A stretch of DNA of 64,000 nucleotides, taken from contig CAWDRR010000002.1 in the NCBI GenBank assembly GCA_963804785.1, positions 119,369 to 183,368 of the forward strand, in the 5' to 3' direction. The notes beneath the pieces are model-generated. The model was given only the letters and a program-made list of their open reading frames with translations, made no database searches and was not told the DNA's origin. Positions within the stretch are counted from its first letter, which is position 1, and every line of letters starts with the position of its first letter. This document shows, in pieces, positions 22,200 to 31,417 of the stretch. This stretch comes from Candidatus Bathyarchaeota archaeon. GTDB lineage: Archaea > Thermoproteota > Bathyarchaeia > Bathyarchaeales > Bathycorpusculaceae. Made by a program: the position numbers and the translations under genes.

Positions 22200-22227
22200 T
22201 TATTAAATATTGTTAAATTCTTAATAA
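22200..22227. promoter_or_regulatory. Candidate NikR-type operator TTATTAA-N14-TTAATAA between the divergent ZIP and nikR genes
   Basis: Perfect 7-bp inverted repeat with a long spacer, as NikR tetramers use; AT-rich, so chance is possible. Confidence 0.45.
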
Positions 22228-22268
22228 AAGTTTATATTATAAAACACATAATCTTAATAAGATTTCAA

Positions 22269-22655
22269 ATGGGCATCATTAGTCTTTCAATCCCAAGTAA
22301 CCTGTTAGAAAAAGTTGACCTCTACATAAAAGAACAAGGTTTTGCGAATCGATCTGAAATAATCAGGCAAGCCCTAAGAGCATACATATCTGAAGGCAAA
22401 AGACTCAGTGAGCTTAAAGGAAAAACCACAGCCACAATAACAATTATCTACCAGAAGGGCGCGAGAACAGGGCAGATAGCGGGCGTTCAACACAGTTACG
22501 GCAATATAGTCTCAACGTTTCTCCACACACATATAGAAGAAGGCTACTGCATCGAAATCATCGTAGCCAAAGGAGACGCTCAAGTTATGAAAGCCTTCAT
22601 TGCAGCCTTGAAAGCAAACAAACAAATTTCAGAAGTTAAGATCACGCTCCTATAA
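22269..22655 (+). CDS. nikR: NikR-family RHH metalloregulator
   Basis: IISLSIP..NRSEIIRQALR RHH domain; QH, HTH and C metal ligands (QHSY..LHTHIEEGYCIE). Confidence 0.85.
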   Translation: MGIISLSIPSNLLEKVDLYIKEQGFANRSEIIRQALRAYISEGKRLSELKGKTTATITIIYQKGARTGQIAGVQHSYGNIVSTFLHTHIEEGYCIEIIVAKGDAQVMKAFIAALKANKQISEVKITLL

Positions 22656-23042
22656 AGTTACTTAGGTATCTGAAGTAATACAGATGCCTTGGGTGATAGA
22701 CAATAGCAACCAGGCTTATCTACTACCTGAATTTTGACGAAACCTGCTTGTCCCGAAATCCTTTTCATTCTTGCCTTAGGAAGGCTATTATGAGGAACTG
22801 TTGAAGATGTGTTGTGGTGATGACTTTTTATTTCCGTACTGCTGACTGGAGTGGGTACGCTTGTTTGCTGTGGCAAACCAATGACTTTGGTTACTGCTTG
22901 AACGTCAATCCAGCGGTTACATTAGCCTTAGCTTTGTAACCTTTTTTTTGGATTAGAAACCCACTAATGAGAGTTAACGTGAGTGTTACAGTAAAAAGTT
23001 TAAGTGATAGAGGGTCCTATTTTATCTATGATGTGATTTTTT

Positions 23043-23213
23043 ATGGTACATTGTCATGATATGAAATTAGGTCAGGTTCTTGTTTGTGAAAAATGCGGGT
23101 TTGAACTAAAGGTTGAGAAGAGTTGCACTGCGGATAGTAACCATCCCAAAGGAGTATCTTGCAATGTTTGCACTCATGTCTGCTGCAACAAAGATATGAA
23201 ATTAAAAGCGTAG
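23043..23213 (+). CDS. 56-aa Cys/His-rich metal-binding microprotein (below ORF-track cutoff)
   Basis: MVHCHDMKLGQVLVCEKCGFELKVEKSCTADSNHPKGVSCNVCTHVCCNKDMKLKA; 8 Cys, 4 His; BRE/TATA-like AAAAAGTTTAAG at ~22993. Confidence 0.75.
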   Translation: MVHCHDMKLGQVLVCEKCGFELKVEKSCTADSNHPKGVSCNVCTHVCCNKDMKLKA

Positions 23214-23228
23214 TTAAGAGGTGATAAT

Positions 23229-23333
23229 ATGTGTGAGGATGTTCCGAAGAAAGATGGCTCTGGAAAAGGCAAAGGGCAACCTGGAAAAGGTTGCGATGGG
23301 AATCCACGAAAAAGAAAAGGAAGGAATCAATAA
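23229..23333 (+). CDS. 34-aa Gly/Lys-rich microprotein
   Basis: MCEDVPKKDGSGKGKGQPGKGCDGNPRKRKGRNQ preceded by GAGGTGA SD. Confidence 0.55.
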   Translation: MCEDVPKKDGSGKGKGQPGKGCDGNPRKRKGRNQ

Positions 23334-23763
23334 AGCTATCGTGCCAGATGAGATTTTTGGCGTTTGCTCGCGTTGGTCAATTCAGAATTTCTAATGCAGA
23401 ACAGAAGAAGAAAAAGAGACTAACTATTTCGTGCACTATTCCCATTTGCCGTTTGTTTGTTTAAACTGCAATTGAACCACGCGGCAGTTCTCACACCAAA
23501 TCCTATGCACATTCGAAACAGATGTGCCCTGACACGCCACGCTTTTTTTGCCCTGGTGGCAAGTACAAGGGAATTTAAAACTACAATACAGTCTCTTTAA
23601 TTTGAACGGTTAAGAACTTTACGACTATGCAGATGTAAAAGCGATAGTTTTTTTTCGCCATGTCTGTGGGCTCAAAATTTTATGCTCGTTATAGCGAGAT
23701 CAAGACTATCGTTAACACATCCGCGGGTACTGAATAGTTTTTCTCTCAGCGACGAAAAGCTTA

Positions 23764-24750
23764 TCAAAGAACGTAACGGTTTCCGACACTGTTATATACA
23801 AAAGCATCAGGTAAAACATTTGCTATAGCCAAAACTCCTCTCCAGCCGGTGCAGTGGCATGGAACTATTAGCTTTGGGCTTATTTGCTTCAGTTCTTCTA
23901 TGGTCTGTTCGATTCTATTTTCATTTTCCTTTCCAGATAAATGAAATCCACCTATCACTGCATAAACATTTCTTATTTCAGTAACTTTTTGTGCATAATG
24001 TAAAGTATTAATTATTCCCGCATGTGCACAACCAGAAATAACCACTAACCCTTTTCCTTTAACATTAAATACAACTGCACGATCGTCCAAAATCAAAGGA
24101 TCCGGTTGCCAAATCCCATCTATCAGAGTTCTATGCTGCAAAAATCCTGTTTCAAAACTTGTTTCACGCGGAATCTCGCCTGTAACTAGAATCGTTCCAT
24201 CGCCGATCAAATATGGTTTTTTTGTATCGATTAATTGCGCTAAGCATAGCTGTTCCCTTGCTGGAAATTTGGGATAAGCCCGAATTGTTCCGTTACTGTT
24301 TTCGGCTCCTCTAGTTTTAAGAATGTCCTCATGAATGATGACTGGCAGATTGGCTTTGTTTATTGCTTTCAGCGCGGACATAAGACCACCGAAGTGGTCA
24401 TAATGCCCATGTGAAAGGACGACGCATTCAACTTCACTAAGATCCAGTCCGATCCGCTTAGCGTTTTCAACGACTCCATCGGCACTAATGCCTGTATCAA
24501 ACAAAATAGTAACTGATTTTCTTCCCCACAGAACACGAACAAGCATTGAGAAGCCATGTTCAGCAAAAGGCAGCGCAGAATGCGTTTTTGTCCATTCTTG
24601 ACCGTATTCATTAATTGTCCATTGTCTGAAGGAGTTCGCCTCTTTTCTGCCAATGGTAGATAGGAAATCTGCTGAATTATCAACTAAGCTGAAAACTTCT
24701 AGACCGTCGACTTCTGCAATTCTAAGATTCGCAGGCCTTGCAGTGCTCAT
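23764..24750 (-). CDS. MBL-fold metallo-hydrolase (COG1237-like)
   Basis: AEHGFS, FDTG, LSHGHYDHFGG, SGCAHAG, GGFHL, PCHCTG. Confidence 0.9.
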   Translation of the reverse strand: MSTARPANLRIAEVDGLEVFSLVDNSADFLSTIGRKEANSFRQWTINEYGQEWTKTHSALPFAEHGFSMLVRVLWGRKSVTILFDTGISADGVVENAKRIGLDLSEVECVVLSHGHYDHFGGLMSALKAINKANLPVIIHEDILKTRGAENSNGTIRAYPKFPAREQLCLAQLIDTKKPYLIGDGTILVTGEIPRETSFETGFLQHRTLIDGIWQPDPLILDDRAVVFNVKGKGLVVISGCAHAGIINTLHYAQKVTEIRNVYAVIGGFHLSGKENENRIEQTIEELKQISPKLIVPCHCTGWRGVLAIANVLPDAFVYNSVGNRYVL

Positions 24751-24766
24751 GCTGTGGGGTTCCAAT

Positions 24767-25336
24767 TTATAATGAACCTTTGTAGTTACTTGTTGTTGGG
24801 CAACCGACGCACTTTTGGGTCTCATATCGATTGCAGGGGTTGCATTCCACGTTGCATGGCGCTACCTTCTTTTCCTTGCGAGCTAGATTTTCTCTTATTT
24901 GAAGAAAGGGTGAAAAGTATGATTCGCTTACGGGGTAAAATTCTGATCTGCGTATTCCTTTGCTGCATCTTAGCGAACATTTCTCCATAGATATGCTCTC
25001 TAGCGTTTCTTGGGTTTCTGCGACGACAAGGGCAATAAGGTTGTAGCCTCCCACTGTCTTGAATATCTCGACCACCCTTGGGCACTCTTCAAATCGGGTA
25101 AGGAGGTCTTGCATTGCTTCTGCGCTTTCCATTTCTAGCATTACGATTGCTGGGTGGAGTTTGAGCACACTTGGATTAATTAGAGCTGATATTTTTATGG
25201 TTCCGGTTTTTATGAGTTTTTCGAGTCGCTTCTTGGTGCCCATGCTCGTGAATCCAGTTATTTTTGCCAACTCTTCAAGTGTTGTTCTTCCGTCTGCTTG
25301 AAGTTGTGTAATTATTTTTTTGTCAATCTCGTCCAA
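24767..25336 (-). CDS. Lrp/AsnC-family transcription regulator with Cys-rich C-terminal tail
   Basis: DEIDKKIITQLQADGR HTH, GGYNLIA RAM domain, CSLRC, tail PCNVECNPCNRYETQKCVGCP. Confidence 0.88.
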   Translation of the reverse strand: MDEIDKKIITQLQADGRTTLEELAKITGFTSMGTKKRLEKLIKTGTIKISALINPSVLKLHPAIVMLEMESAEAMQDLLTRFEECPRVVEIFKTVGGYNLIALVVAETQETLESISMEKCSLRCSKGIRRSEFYPVSESYFSPFLQIRENLARKEKKVAPCNVECNPCNRYETQKCVGCPTTSNYKGSL

Positions 25337-25347
25337 TTCAATCGCCT

Positions 25348-25394
25348 GTTTATTTTATAAACGAAAAGTATTATTTATTGTTTGCTTATTATAC
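25348..25394. promoter_or_regulatory. Paired 15-bp operator boxes A
   Basis: GTTTATTTTATAAAC (25348) and GTTTGCTTATTATAC (25380) flanking AAAAGTATTATT. Confidence 0.7.
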
Positions 25395-25432
25395 TAAATA
25401 GTGCGTGCTGCATATTTGAGGTGTGGACGCTT

Positions 25433-25609
25433 ATGAAAAAATTAAGAGTAAGTAGAGTTGATTCTTCCGACGGTGAAATACATTTCATTCTGGAAGAATT
25501 CCTGCATATTGAGCGTTCTGAGTACTTCAAAGATTCTGACATGGCTGAAATCAAGAGAATTTCGAGAAAAGAAGCAGCCAAACTACTTGCTTTAGTTCGC
25601 GAAGAGTAA
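25433..25609 (+). CDS. 58-aa hypothetical protein
   Basis: GAGGTG SD then ATG 25433, MKKLRVSRVDSSDGEIHFILEE; first gene of the ferredoxin unit. Confidence 0.55.
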   Translation: MKKLRVSRVDSSDGEIHFILEEFLHIERSEYFKDSDMAEIKRISRKEAAKLLALVREE

Positions 25610-25639
25610 ACTTCATCGAGTTGAAGGAGGATTGAATTA

Positions 25640-25843
25640 ATGACAAAAGTTAATGTTGATTGGAAAAAGTGCAATGGATGTGGGACATGCGTAGATAACT
25701 GTCCTGTTTTGGTCTTTGAACTTCAAGACCTCAAGGATTATCCAGACTCAAAGAAATCCGTTCCCGTCAGAGCAGACGACTGCATTCAATGTATGACCTG
25801 CGCGACCTCATGTCCTACTGGCGCAATAATAGTGGAGGAATAG
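25640..25843 (+). CDS. 2[4Fe-4S] ferredoxin
   Basis: CNGCGTCVDNCP and CIQCMTCATSCP. Confidence 0.93.
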   Translation: MTKVNVDWKKCNGCGTCVDNCPVLVFELQDLKDYPDSKKSVPVRADDCIQCMTCATSCPTGAIIVEE

Positions 25844-25849
25844 GAAATT

Positions 25850-26296
25850 ATGTCAACTGTAAACAAGCCTCAAAGCAAGCGAGCTAAACCACATGGTCGG
25901 GTCGAGCATACTGTCAATAGCAACAGCAATGAAGCCAGAAAGCCATTGCGAGTTGTTCCTCACGACCAAGGTTTTCATTTCTACAAAGCCATTGACTCTT
26001 GTATCGGAGTAACTAGTTGCAGCTTGAAGGAACTGGCTGAGGCCGTTAATGACGTATGTTCTGAAGCAATTCTTTTTCATTTTGAGCGTGGCGATTTTCA
26101 GAAATGGATAAGGGACATAATAGGCGACGCTGAATTAGCTCAAAGTATAGATGAAATAAAGAGGTGTTCGAGCAAACTCTCAACAGAAGCCTGTAGGCAA
26201 GAACTTGTAGAAAGATTACGCATTCGCATTTTTCAATTGGAAACTAAAGAAAGTTCTCCCTTCTTTGGTGAACGAAGAAGAGAACAAGCCCACTAA
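25850..26296 (+). CDS. DUF5752-like protein
   Basis: GFHFY..SLKEL..FHFERGDFQKWIRDIIGDAELA; paralogue at 42211. Confidence 0.75.
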   Translation: MSTVNKPQSKRAKPHGRVEHTVNSNSNEARKPLRVVPHDQGFHFYKAIDSCIGVTSCSLKELAEAVNDVCSEAILFHFERGDFQKWIRDIIGDAELAQSIDEIKRCSSKLSTEACRQELVERLRIRIFQLETKESSPFFGERRREQAH

Positions 26297-26394
26297 TCCA
26301 TCCACGCTTGCTAGAGAGAATATTTAGTTAAGAACTGTACTGAGGCAAAAGATGCCTTTGGGTGTTGTACTGCCTACCTGGGGGCGCACCATTT

Positions 26395-28281
26395 CTAAGC
26401 GCCCTCTTTAATTGCTTTCTCAGCAATATACGCAAAGTCACCGAGACCTAACGCTTTGAGCTTCTCAGTTGTGGGCACTCCGTCGGCAGTCCAGCCTCTG
26501 ACAGAGTAATAATCGTCTAATCCAATTTGGAATTCTTCCTCGCTAACATACATGCCTTTGGCAGGTCCCTCATCAGGCACTGGAAAATTCATTATCTTCC
26601 AGGGTAAGGTGTCGAATTTGCGTGTGCCTTTGTCTTCTCGGATGTTGAAGAGTCTTGCAAGGTTCTCTATGCGCTCACCGCTTTTTGTCATTTCTTCCGG
26701 AGTCATCGGTAAGCCTGTGGCTAATGTGTAATAGTTTGCCAAGTCTTTCCAACCGTCGTAGTATGTGCCTCTGCTGAACTTGCAAACGATAAGTGAGTCA
26801 ATTATGTTGTACATGTTGCCTTCGTCCGCGATCATTTTGCCTCTGCCTTTCTCAATCTTAAAACGGTTCACTTTACCTTTAACGTCAGGCGAGTAAGCTC
26901 CGTTTCTAAGGTGGCAAGCACCGCGAAATGAGACACTAAAGCCAAGTGCCGCTGTCTTAAGCGTTCGAAGATCATAACCTGGTAATTCTAAGCCTTTAAT
27001 GTGGCAAGCATATTTGTATGCGTCTCCACCGATCAATTCAGCGGCTTTCGCAACCCCTTCTGCCAGTATATTGCCTAGCCAGCCTTCGCGTTTGCCAATC
27101 TTGTGGATTATAGCGATTAACGCTTCAGCATTTCCAAAACGAAGGTCAATACCATCAGTTTGCTCCTTTGTAATTATGCCCTGCTCATAAAGATCCATTG
27201 CAAACGCAACAACGACCCCGATTGATATGCCGTCCACGCCGTACTCGTTAACGATTCTCATGGCTTCGATGACAGCGTCTAATCGGTCAATGCCGCAGAG
27301 TGGTCCCATGCTCCAGAGGCATTCGAACTCCAATCGTGAAGTTGATCCCTTGTATGGTCCTTCTGGAACAACTGCAATGTGGTCACACCGCATTCCGCAG
27401 GTTGCGCAGCCAATAATTTTTTTAACATAGTGTTCATTTAAATTTTCACCACTGACTTTGTATGCGCCCTCAAAATGGGAATTAGTAAAGTTCCTTGTAG
27501 CTAACGCAAAAAGAGAATTGAGAACAAGAACATTCTCGGGTGTCCCCAAAGTCTTGTATTTCTTGGTTGCTGGGCCCTCCATGCGTTCAAAAATCATTTT
27601 GATAAATTCTTTGAATCCTTCAAGGTTTGCGACGTTAACGTCGTGTGTTCCACGGACTGCAACTGCTTTGAGGTTTTTGGAACCCATTACTGCGCCCATG
27701 CCGCTTCTTCCAATGGCTCGGAACTCGTCATTTATGATTGCGGCAAACCTACAAAGTTTTTCGCCAGCTTCACCGATAGCTGAAACGCGGATGTAAAAGT
27801 CGCCGAGTTCATCTCGGATTTTATTATCAGTATCGTTAACTGTTGCGCCTTTCAGGTACTCAGCATCTCGAATTTCAACTTTGTCGTCGTCGATCCAAAG
27901 GTAAGATAATTTTGGTGCTTTGCCAGTGATGATAACTGCGTCGTATCCTGCACGTTTAAGGTCTGGACCAAAGAATCCGTGTGCTTTACCTTCGCCTACT
28001 CCTCCGGTAGCGGGTGACTTTGAAACAACGGCGTAACCGTTTCCGGCTGTTGGACCCATTGTTCCGCTGAGGGGACCAGCGCAGTAAATCAATGGGTTAT
28101 CTGGGTCAAATGCGTCTATACCTGATTTTGAATTATCCATAAGCAAACGGATGCCTAATCCTATTCCGCCGATGTATTGTTTAGCCATTTCTTCTGATAA
28201 GGGCTCGGTTTTTGTTTCTCTAGTTGTGAGGTTAACGTGTAAAATTTTTCCTGCATAAGCAAACACGCTTTTTCCCTTCAA
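26395..28281 (-). CDS. aor: Tungsten-containing aldehyde:ferredoxin oxidoreductase family protein
   Basis: YAGKILHVNL, GRSGMGAVMGSKNLKA, CATCGMRC, LPGYDLR, RGACHLR, DSLIVCKF. Confidence 0.93.
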   Translation of the reverse strand: MKGKSVFAYAGKILHVNLTTRETKTEPLSEEMAKQYIGGIGLGIRLLMDNSKSGIDAFDPDNPLIYCAGPLSGTMGPTAGNGYAVVSKSPATGGVGEGKAHGFFGPDLKRAGYDAVIITGKAPKLSYLWIDDDKVEIRDAEYLKGATVNDTDNKIRDELGDFYIRVSAIGEAGEKLCRFAAIINDEFRAIGRSGMGAVMGSKNLKAVAVRGTHDVNVANLEGFKEFIKMIFERMEGPATKKYKTLGTPENVLVLNSLFALATRNFTNSHFEGAYKVSGENLNEHYVKKIIGCATCGMRCDHIAVVPEGPYKGSTSRLEFECLWSMGPLCGIDRLDAVIEAMRIVNEYGVDGISIGVVVAFAMDLYEQGIITKEQTDGIDLRFGNAEALIAIIHKIGKREGWLGNILAEGVAKAAELIGGDAYKYACHIKGLELPGYDLRTLKTAALGFSVSFRGACHLRNGAYSPDVKGKVNRFKIEKGRGKMIADEGNMYNIIDSLIVCKFSRGTYYDGWKDLANYYTLATGLPMTPEEMTKSGERIENLARLFNIREDKGTRKFDTLPWKIMNFPVPDEGPAKGMYVSEEEFQIGLDDYYSVRGWTADGVPTTEKLKALGLGDFAYIAEKAIKEGA

Positions 28282-28831
28282 TTAGATACTAGTCAACCGA
28301 ATAGTATTAACTTAATAGCTTATTCAGTGAAAAACACATGTTTAATTACGACATATTTTCAATATACAGCGCAATAAATAGTCATACAAATAATCTTCAA
28401 AATAATCATTCCAGGTATTAGAAAAAGAGGCTGAAAGATTGCAAAGAGTATTCGAGCGAATGTGCAAAGTATTTAACCACCGATAAAGCAAGTGCAACGA
28501 TCTGAATGCTGCATAAGCTTGAGCGATTCTATTTAATGTTCTTTATAAAAAACAAAACCTGGTCGTAGAATTAGCATGGCCGCAGTAGTAAACCACTGAT
28601 TAGCGAAATGCCGCGACTGTATAAGACCGTGTAGATAGTGGGAATTTTTAGTTCGTACTCGACAAATTAATTTTGCTTTGGACTTGAAGGGAGTCAATAA
28701 ACACGTTCAAATTGAGCTGAGGTAGATGTGCAAACTCGATGTTTCTTAATTTGGGAACTTGCGAAACATCAATATTGTTATCTGAACAATCTTTCTTTAG
28801 TTGCGACTCGAAATCTGTTAGGTTGAGATTG

Positions 28832-29521
28832 ATGATCTGCAAGTTGTTTATTTTTAGGCACGCTGAAACGTTTGACAACAGTAACGGGGTGTTCTCGGGC
28901 TGGCGTGATTCAGAACTTACTTTGAAGGGACTTTTACAGGCGCAGGAAATCGCTGAACAACTCACGCAACATCGTATTGACTATGCTTTTACCTCGCATC
29001 TTAAACGAGCCCGAAAAACCCTTGAAATCATACTTCAAAGTCGCTCGTCAGTTCCAGTTTTCGTCGACGATCGACTCATTGAACGTTGCTACGGCCTGCT
29101 CCAAGGCAAAAACAAGAAAAAAATGGAGCATGAAAATCCTTCTTGGTATGCTCAGATTCATCGAGGCTATGGTTTAGCTCCGCCCGAGGGGGAGAGTTTG
29201 GAAATGGTTGAAAAACGGGTAACTTCTTTTTTGGAGCAACTCAGAGAATGGCTCAAGCAAAACCCAGGTAATGTGGCTATCTCTTGCCATAATAATTCTA
29301 TTCGTCCTTTAAGAAGGATTTTTGAAAACCTGAGCATAGCCCAGATGTGCAAGCTTGAGAGCCCACAGGATCATGCAATAACATACAAGGTCCAACAGGG
29401 AGATTCGGGTGTTGAAAGCCCAAGAGGAAGGGTAACCAAACTGAACTGGAAGGGTATTGTGATTTCAAGAAAAGTGAAATTGGCAACAAATGCTCTAAAC
29501 CTTCTAAAGATTTACTACTGA
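28832..29521 (+). CDS. Histidine phosphatase/cofactor-dependent phosphoglycerate mutase family
   Basis: FRHAET, FSGWRD, TSHLKRA, LIERCYG.LQG, PPEGES, SCHNNSIR. Confidence 0.88.
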   Translation: MICKLFIFRHAETFDNSNGVFSGWRDSELTLKGLLQAQEIAEQLTQHRIDYAFTSHLKRARKTLEIILQSRSSVPVFVDDRLIERCYGLLQGKNKKKMEHENPSWYAQIHRGYGLAPPEGESLEMVEKRVTSFLEQLREWLKQNPGNVAISCHNNSIRPLRRIFENLSIAQMCKLESPQDHAITYKVQQGDSGVESPRGRVTKLNWKGIVISRKVKLATNALNLLKIYY

Positions 29522-29548
29522 TAACACATATTCGAGACTGACACATTT

Positions 29549-29594
29549 GTTTGTTTTATAAACAAAAAGTATTAATATTATTTAGCTAATAAAC
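29549..29594. promoter_or_regulatory. Paired 15-bp operator boxes B
   Basis: GTTTGTTTTATAAAC (29549) and ATTTAGCTAATAAAC (29580) flanking AAAAAGTATTAATA. Confidence 0.7.
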
Positions 29595-29619
29595 TATATT
29601 CGTTTTAGACGGTGAAAAA

Positions 29620-30561
29620 ATGACAAATACAACAAAGCAAGTAAACGTCACCGAGGAATGCGACGGGAAATGCGGTTCATGCTCAACATCTGATGGTTGC
29701 AGCGATCAGAGAAAGGAAAAGTATGAACAAGAGCAAAAACTAAAATTGAAACTTGACAAAATTAAGCATAAAATAGCAATTATCAGCGGCAAAGGCGGCG
29801 TCGGCAAGAGCACCGTAACTGCGAATCTTGCCATGGCTTTTGCGATGCAAGGGCATAAAGATAAAGTCGGGGTTCTTGATGCGGATATTCACGGTCCATG
29901 TATTCCAAAGATGCTAGGTCTTAAAGGTCAGACGCTTATAGGCGGGCCTGGTGGAATGTTGTTTCCAGTTACAGGTAAATTAGGGATAAAAGTTGTATCA
30001 ATGGACTTTGTGCTTCCAAACGATGAGGCGCCAGTGATTTGGCGCGGTCCATTAAAAATGAGAGCTATTCAACAATTTCTATCTGACGTAACGTGGGGAG
30101 AACTCGACTATCTGTTTATTGATCTTCCGCCTGGAACTGGAGATGAATCATTAAGCATCACGCAGTTGATTCCAGACATGGACGGCGTAGTTATTGTGAC
30201 TATGCCTTCTGAAGTTTCGCAAGCCGTTGTTAAAAAGGCGGTAACGTTTGCCAAGCAAATGAAGGTGCCCATAATCGGTATAGTTGAGAACATGAGCGGT
30301 TTTGTTTGTCCAGACTGTGGAGCCAAAGTTGACATTTTCAGAACTGGTGGAGGAAAAAAGATAGCCGAAGCCCAATCGGTTCCTTACCTGGGCAGTATTC
30401 CAATAGATCCCAAGATTTGCAACGACTCAGATAACGGATTGGCTTTCATAGTTGAAAACAAAACCTCTCCTGCAACTAAAGCGTTTATGGAGATTGTCAA
30501 AAAGATTGATCAATTCTTAGAAAATACAAATCCTCGTGATCATAAGGAGATAAAAAAATGA
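29620..30561 (+). CDS. mrp: Mrp/NBP35 Fe-S carrier ATPase
   Basis: N-terminal CDGKCGSC..C, SGKGGVGKST, DADIHGP, WRGP, DLPPGTGD, ENMSGFVCPDC. Confidence 0.93.
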   Translation: MTNTTKQVNVTEECDGKCGSCSTSDGCSDQRKEKYEQEQKLKLKLDKIKHKIAIISGKGGVGKSTVTANLAMAFAMQGHKDKVGVLDADIHGPCIPKMLGLKGQTLIGGPGGMLFPVTGKLGIKVVSMDFVLPNDEAPVIWRGPLKMRAIQQFLSDVTWGELDYLFIDLPPGTGDESLSITQLIPDMDGVVIVTMPSEVSQAVVKKAVTFAKQMKVPIIGIVENMSGFVCPDCGAKVDIFRTGGGKKIAEAQSVPYLGSIPIDPKICNDSDNGLAFIVENKTSPATKAFMEIVKKIDQFLENTNPRDHKEIKK

Positions 30562-30944
30562 AAATATGTGTTAGTGCAACAGCAAACAATTTGGAAGCAC
30601 AGGTAGACCCTCGCTTCGGCAGATGCCTATACCTTATAGTTGTCGACTCTGAAACAATGCAGTTTGAAGTCACTCCAAACATGGCAGCGGGCGCAACAGG
30701 CGGTGCAGGAATCCAAGCGGCTCAAGTCATAGCCGACAAGGGTGTCAAGGTGGTTATAACCGGAAATGTTGGACCTAACGCCTTCGGGGCATTGTCAGCG
30801 GCTGGCATAGAAATTGTGACCGGAGCATCCGGGGCTGTCAAAGAGGTTGTTGAAAAGTTCAAGAAAGGCGAGTATGGAAAAACTGGCGCGCCTACAGTGG
30901 GCGAACATTCCGGAATGGGTCGAGGACGAGGCGGAGGAAGATGA
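30558..30944 (+). CDS. NifB/NifX-family protein, Orange-protein-like
   Basis: VDPRFGRC, GAGIQAAQ, ITGNVGPNAF, Gly/Arg tail; ATGA overlap with mrp. Confidence 0.88.
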   Translation: MKICVSATANNLEAQVDPRFGRCLYLIVVDSETMQFEVTPNMAAGATGGAGIQAAQVIADKGVKVVITGNVGPNAFGALSAAGIEIVTGASGAVKEVVEKFKKGEYGKTGAPTVGEHSGMGRGRGGGR

Positions 30945-31024
30945 AGCACATAAACAAATTGAACGTGGTTCGACCAAGCAAACTAAGAACATCATTCAAG
31001 CTAACAGAAGTGGAGGTGAGGTAA

Positions 31025-31417
31025 TTGACAGATAGAATAGTAATCCCTTCAGAAGATCAAAATGGCTTGAACGCAAGTTTAGCAGAGCATTTTGGACGAG
31101 CTCCATACTTTACCGTTGTTGACTTTGACGAGAAAGGTGAAGTTTCAAACGTTAAGGCTGTTCCAAACGTTAGCGAGCATGCAGGTGGAGTAGGTGTTGC
31201 ACCAGACCACATTTTGGAGTTGAAACCGACTGCCGTAATTGTCCACGATATGGGGTTTAAAGCTATTGATATTTTTAAGAACGCAGGAGTGGCAGTGCTA
31301 AGATCCAACGCAGACACGGTTGACAAAGTGGTTGCCGCCTATAAAGACGACAAGCTCCAAGAGCTTACGGAAGGTTGTGGGCATGAACAACATGAACATC
31401 AGGAGCATCACCATTAA
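31025..31417 (+). CDS. NifB/NifX-family protein with His-rich tail
   Basis: IVIPSED, EHFGRAPYF, MG.KA, tail CGHEQHEHQEHHH. Confidence 0.88.
   Translation: MTDRIVIPSEDQNGLNASLAEHFGRAPYFTVVDFDEKGEVSNVKAVPNVSEHAGGVGVAPDHILELKPTAVIVHDMGFKAIDIFKNAGVAVLRSNADTVDKVVAAYKDDKLQELTEGCGHEQHEHQEHHH

Noticed and set aside
22658-22876. 72-aa minus-strand ORF after nikR
   Set aside because: No SD, motif or protein-like composition that I can support.
23460-23570. tRNA-like TTCGAA/GGTTCAA loops
   Set aside because: No acceptor stem or cloverleaf spacing; not a tRNA.
28560-28620. Possible Moco/Tuco riboswitch upstream of aor
   Set aside because: Only short scattered stems, no recognisable consensus, and ~300 bp from the start, beyond the likely promoter.
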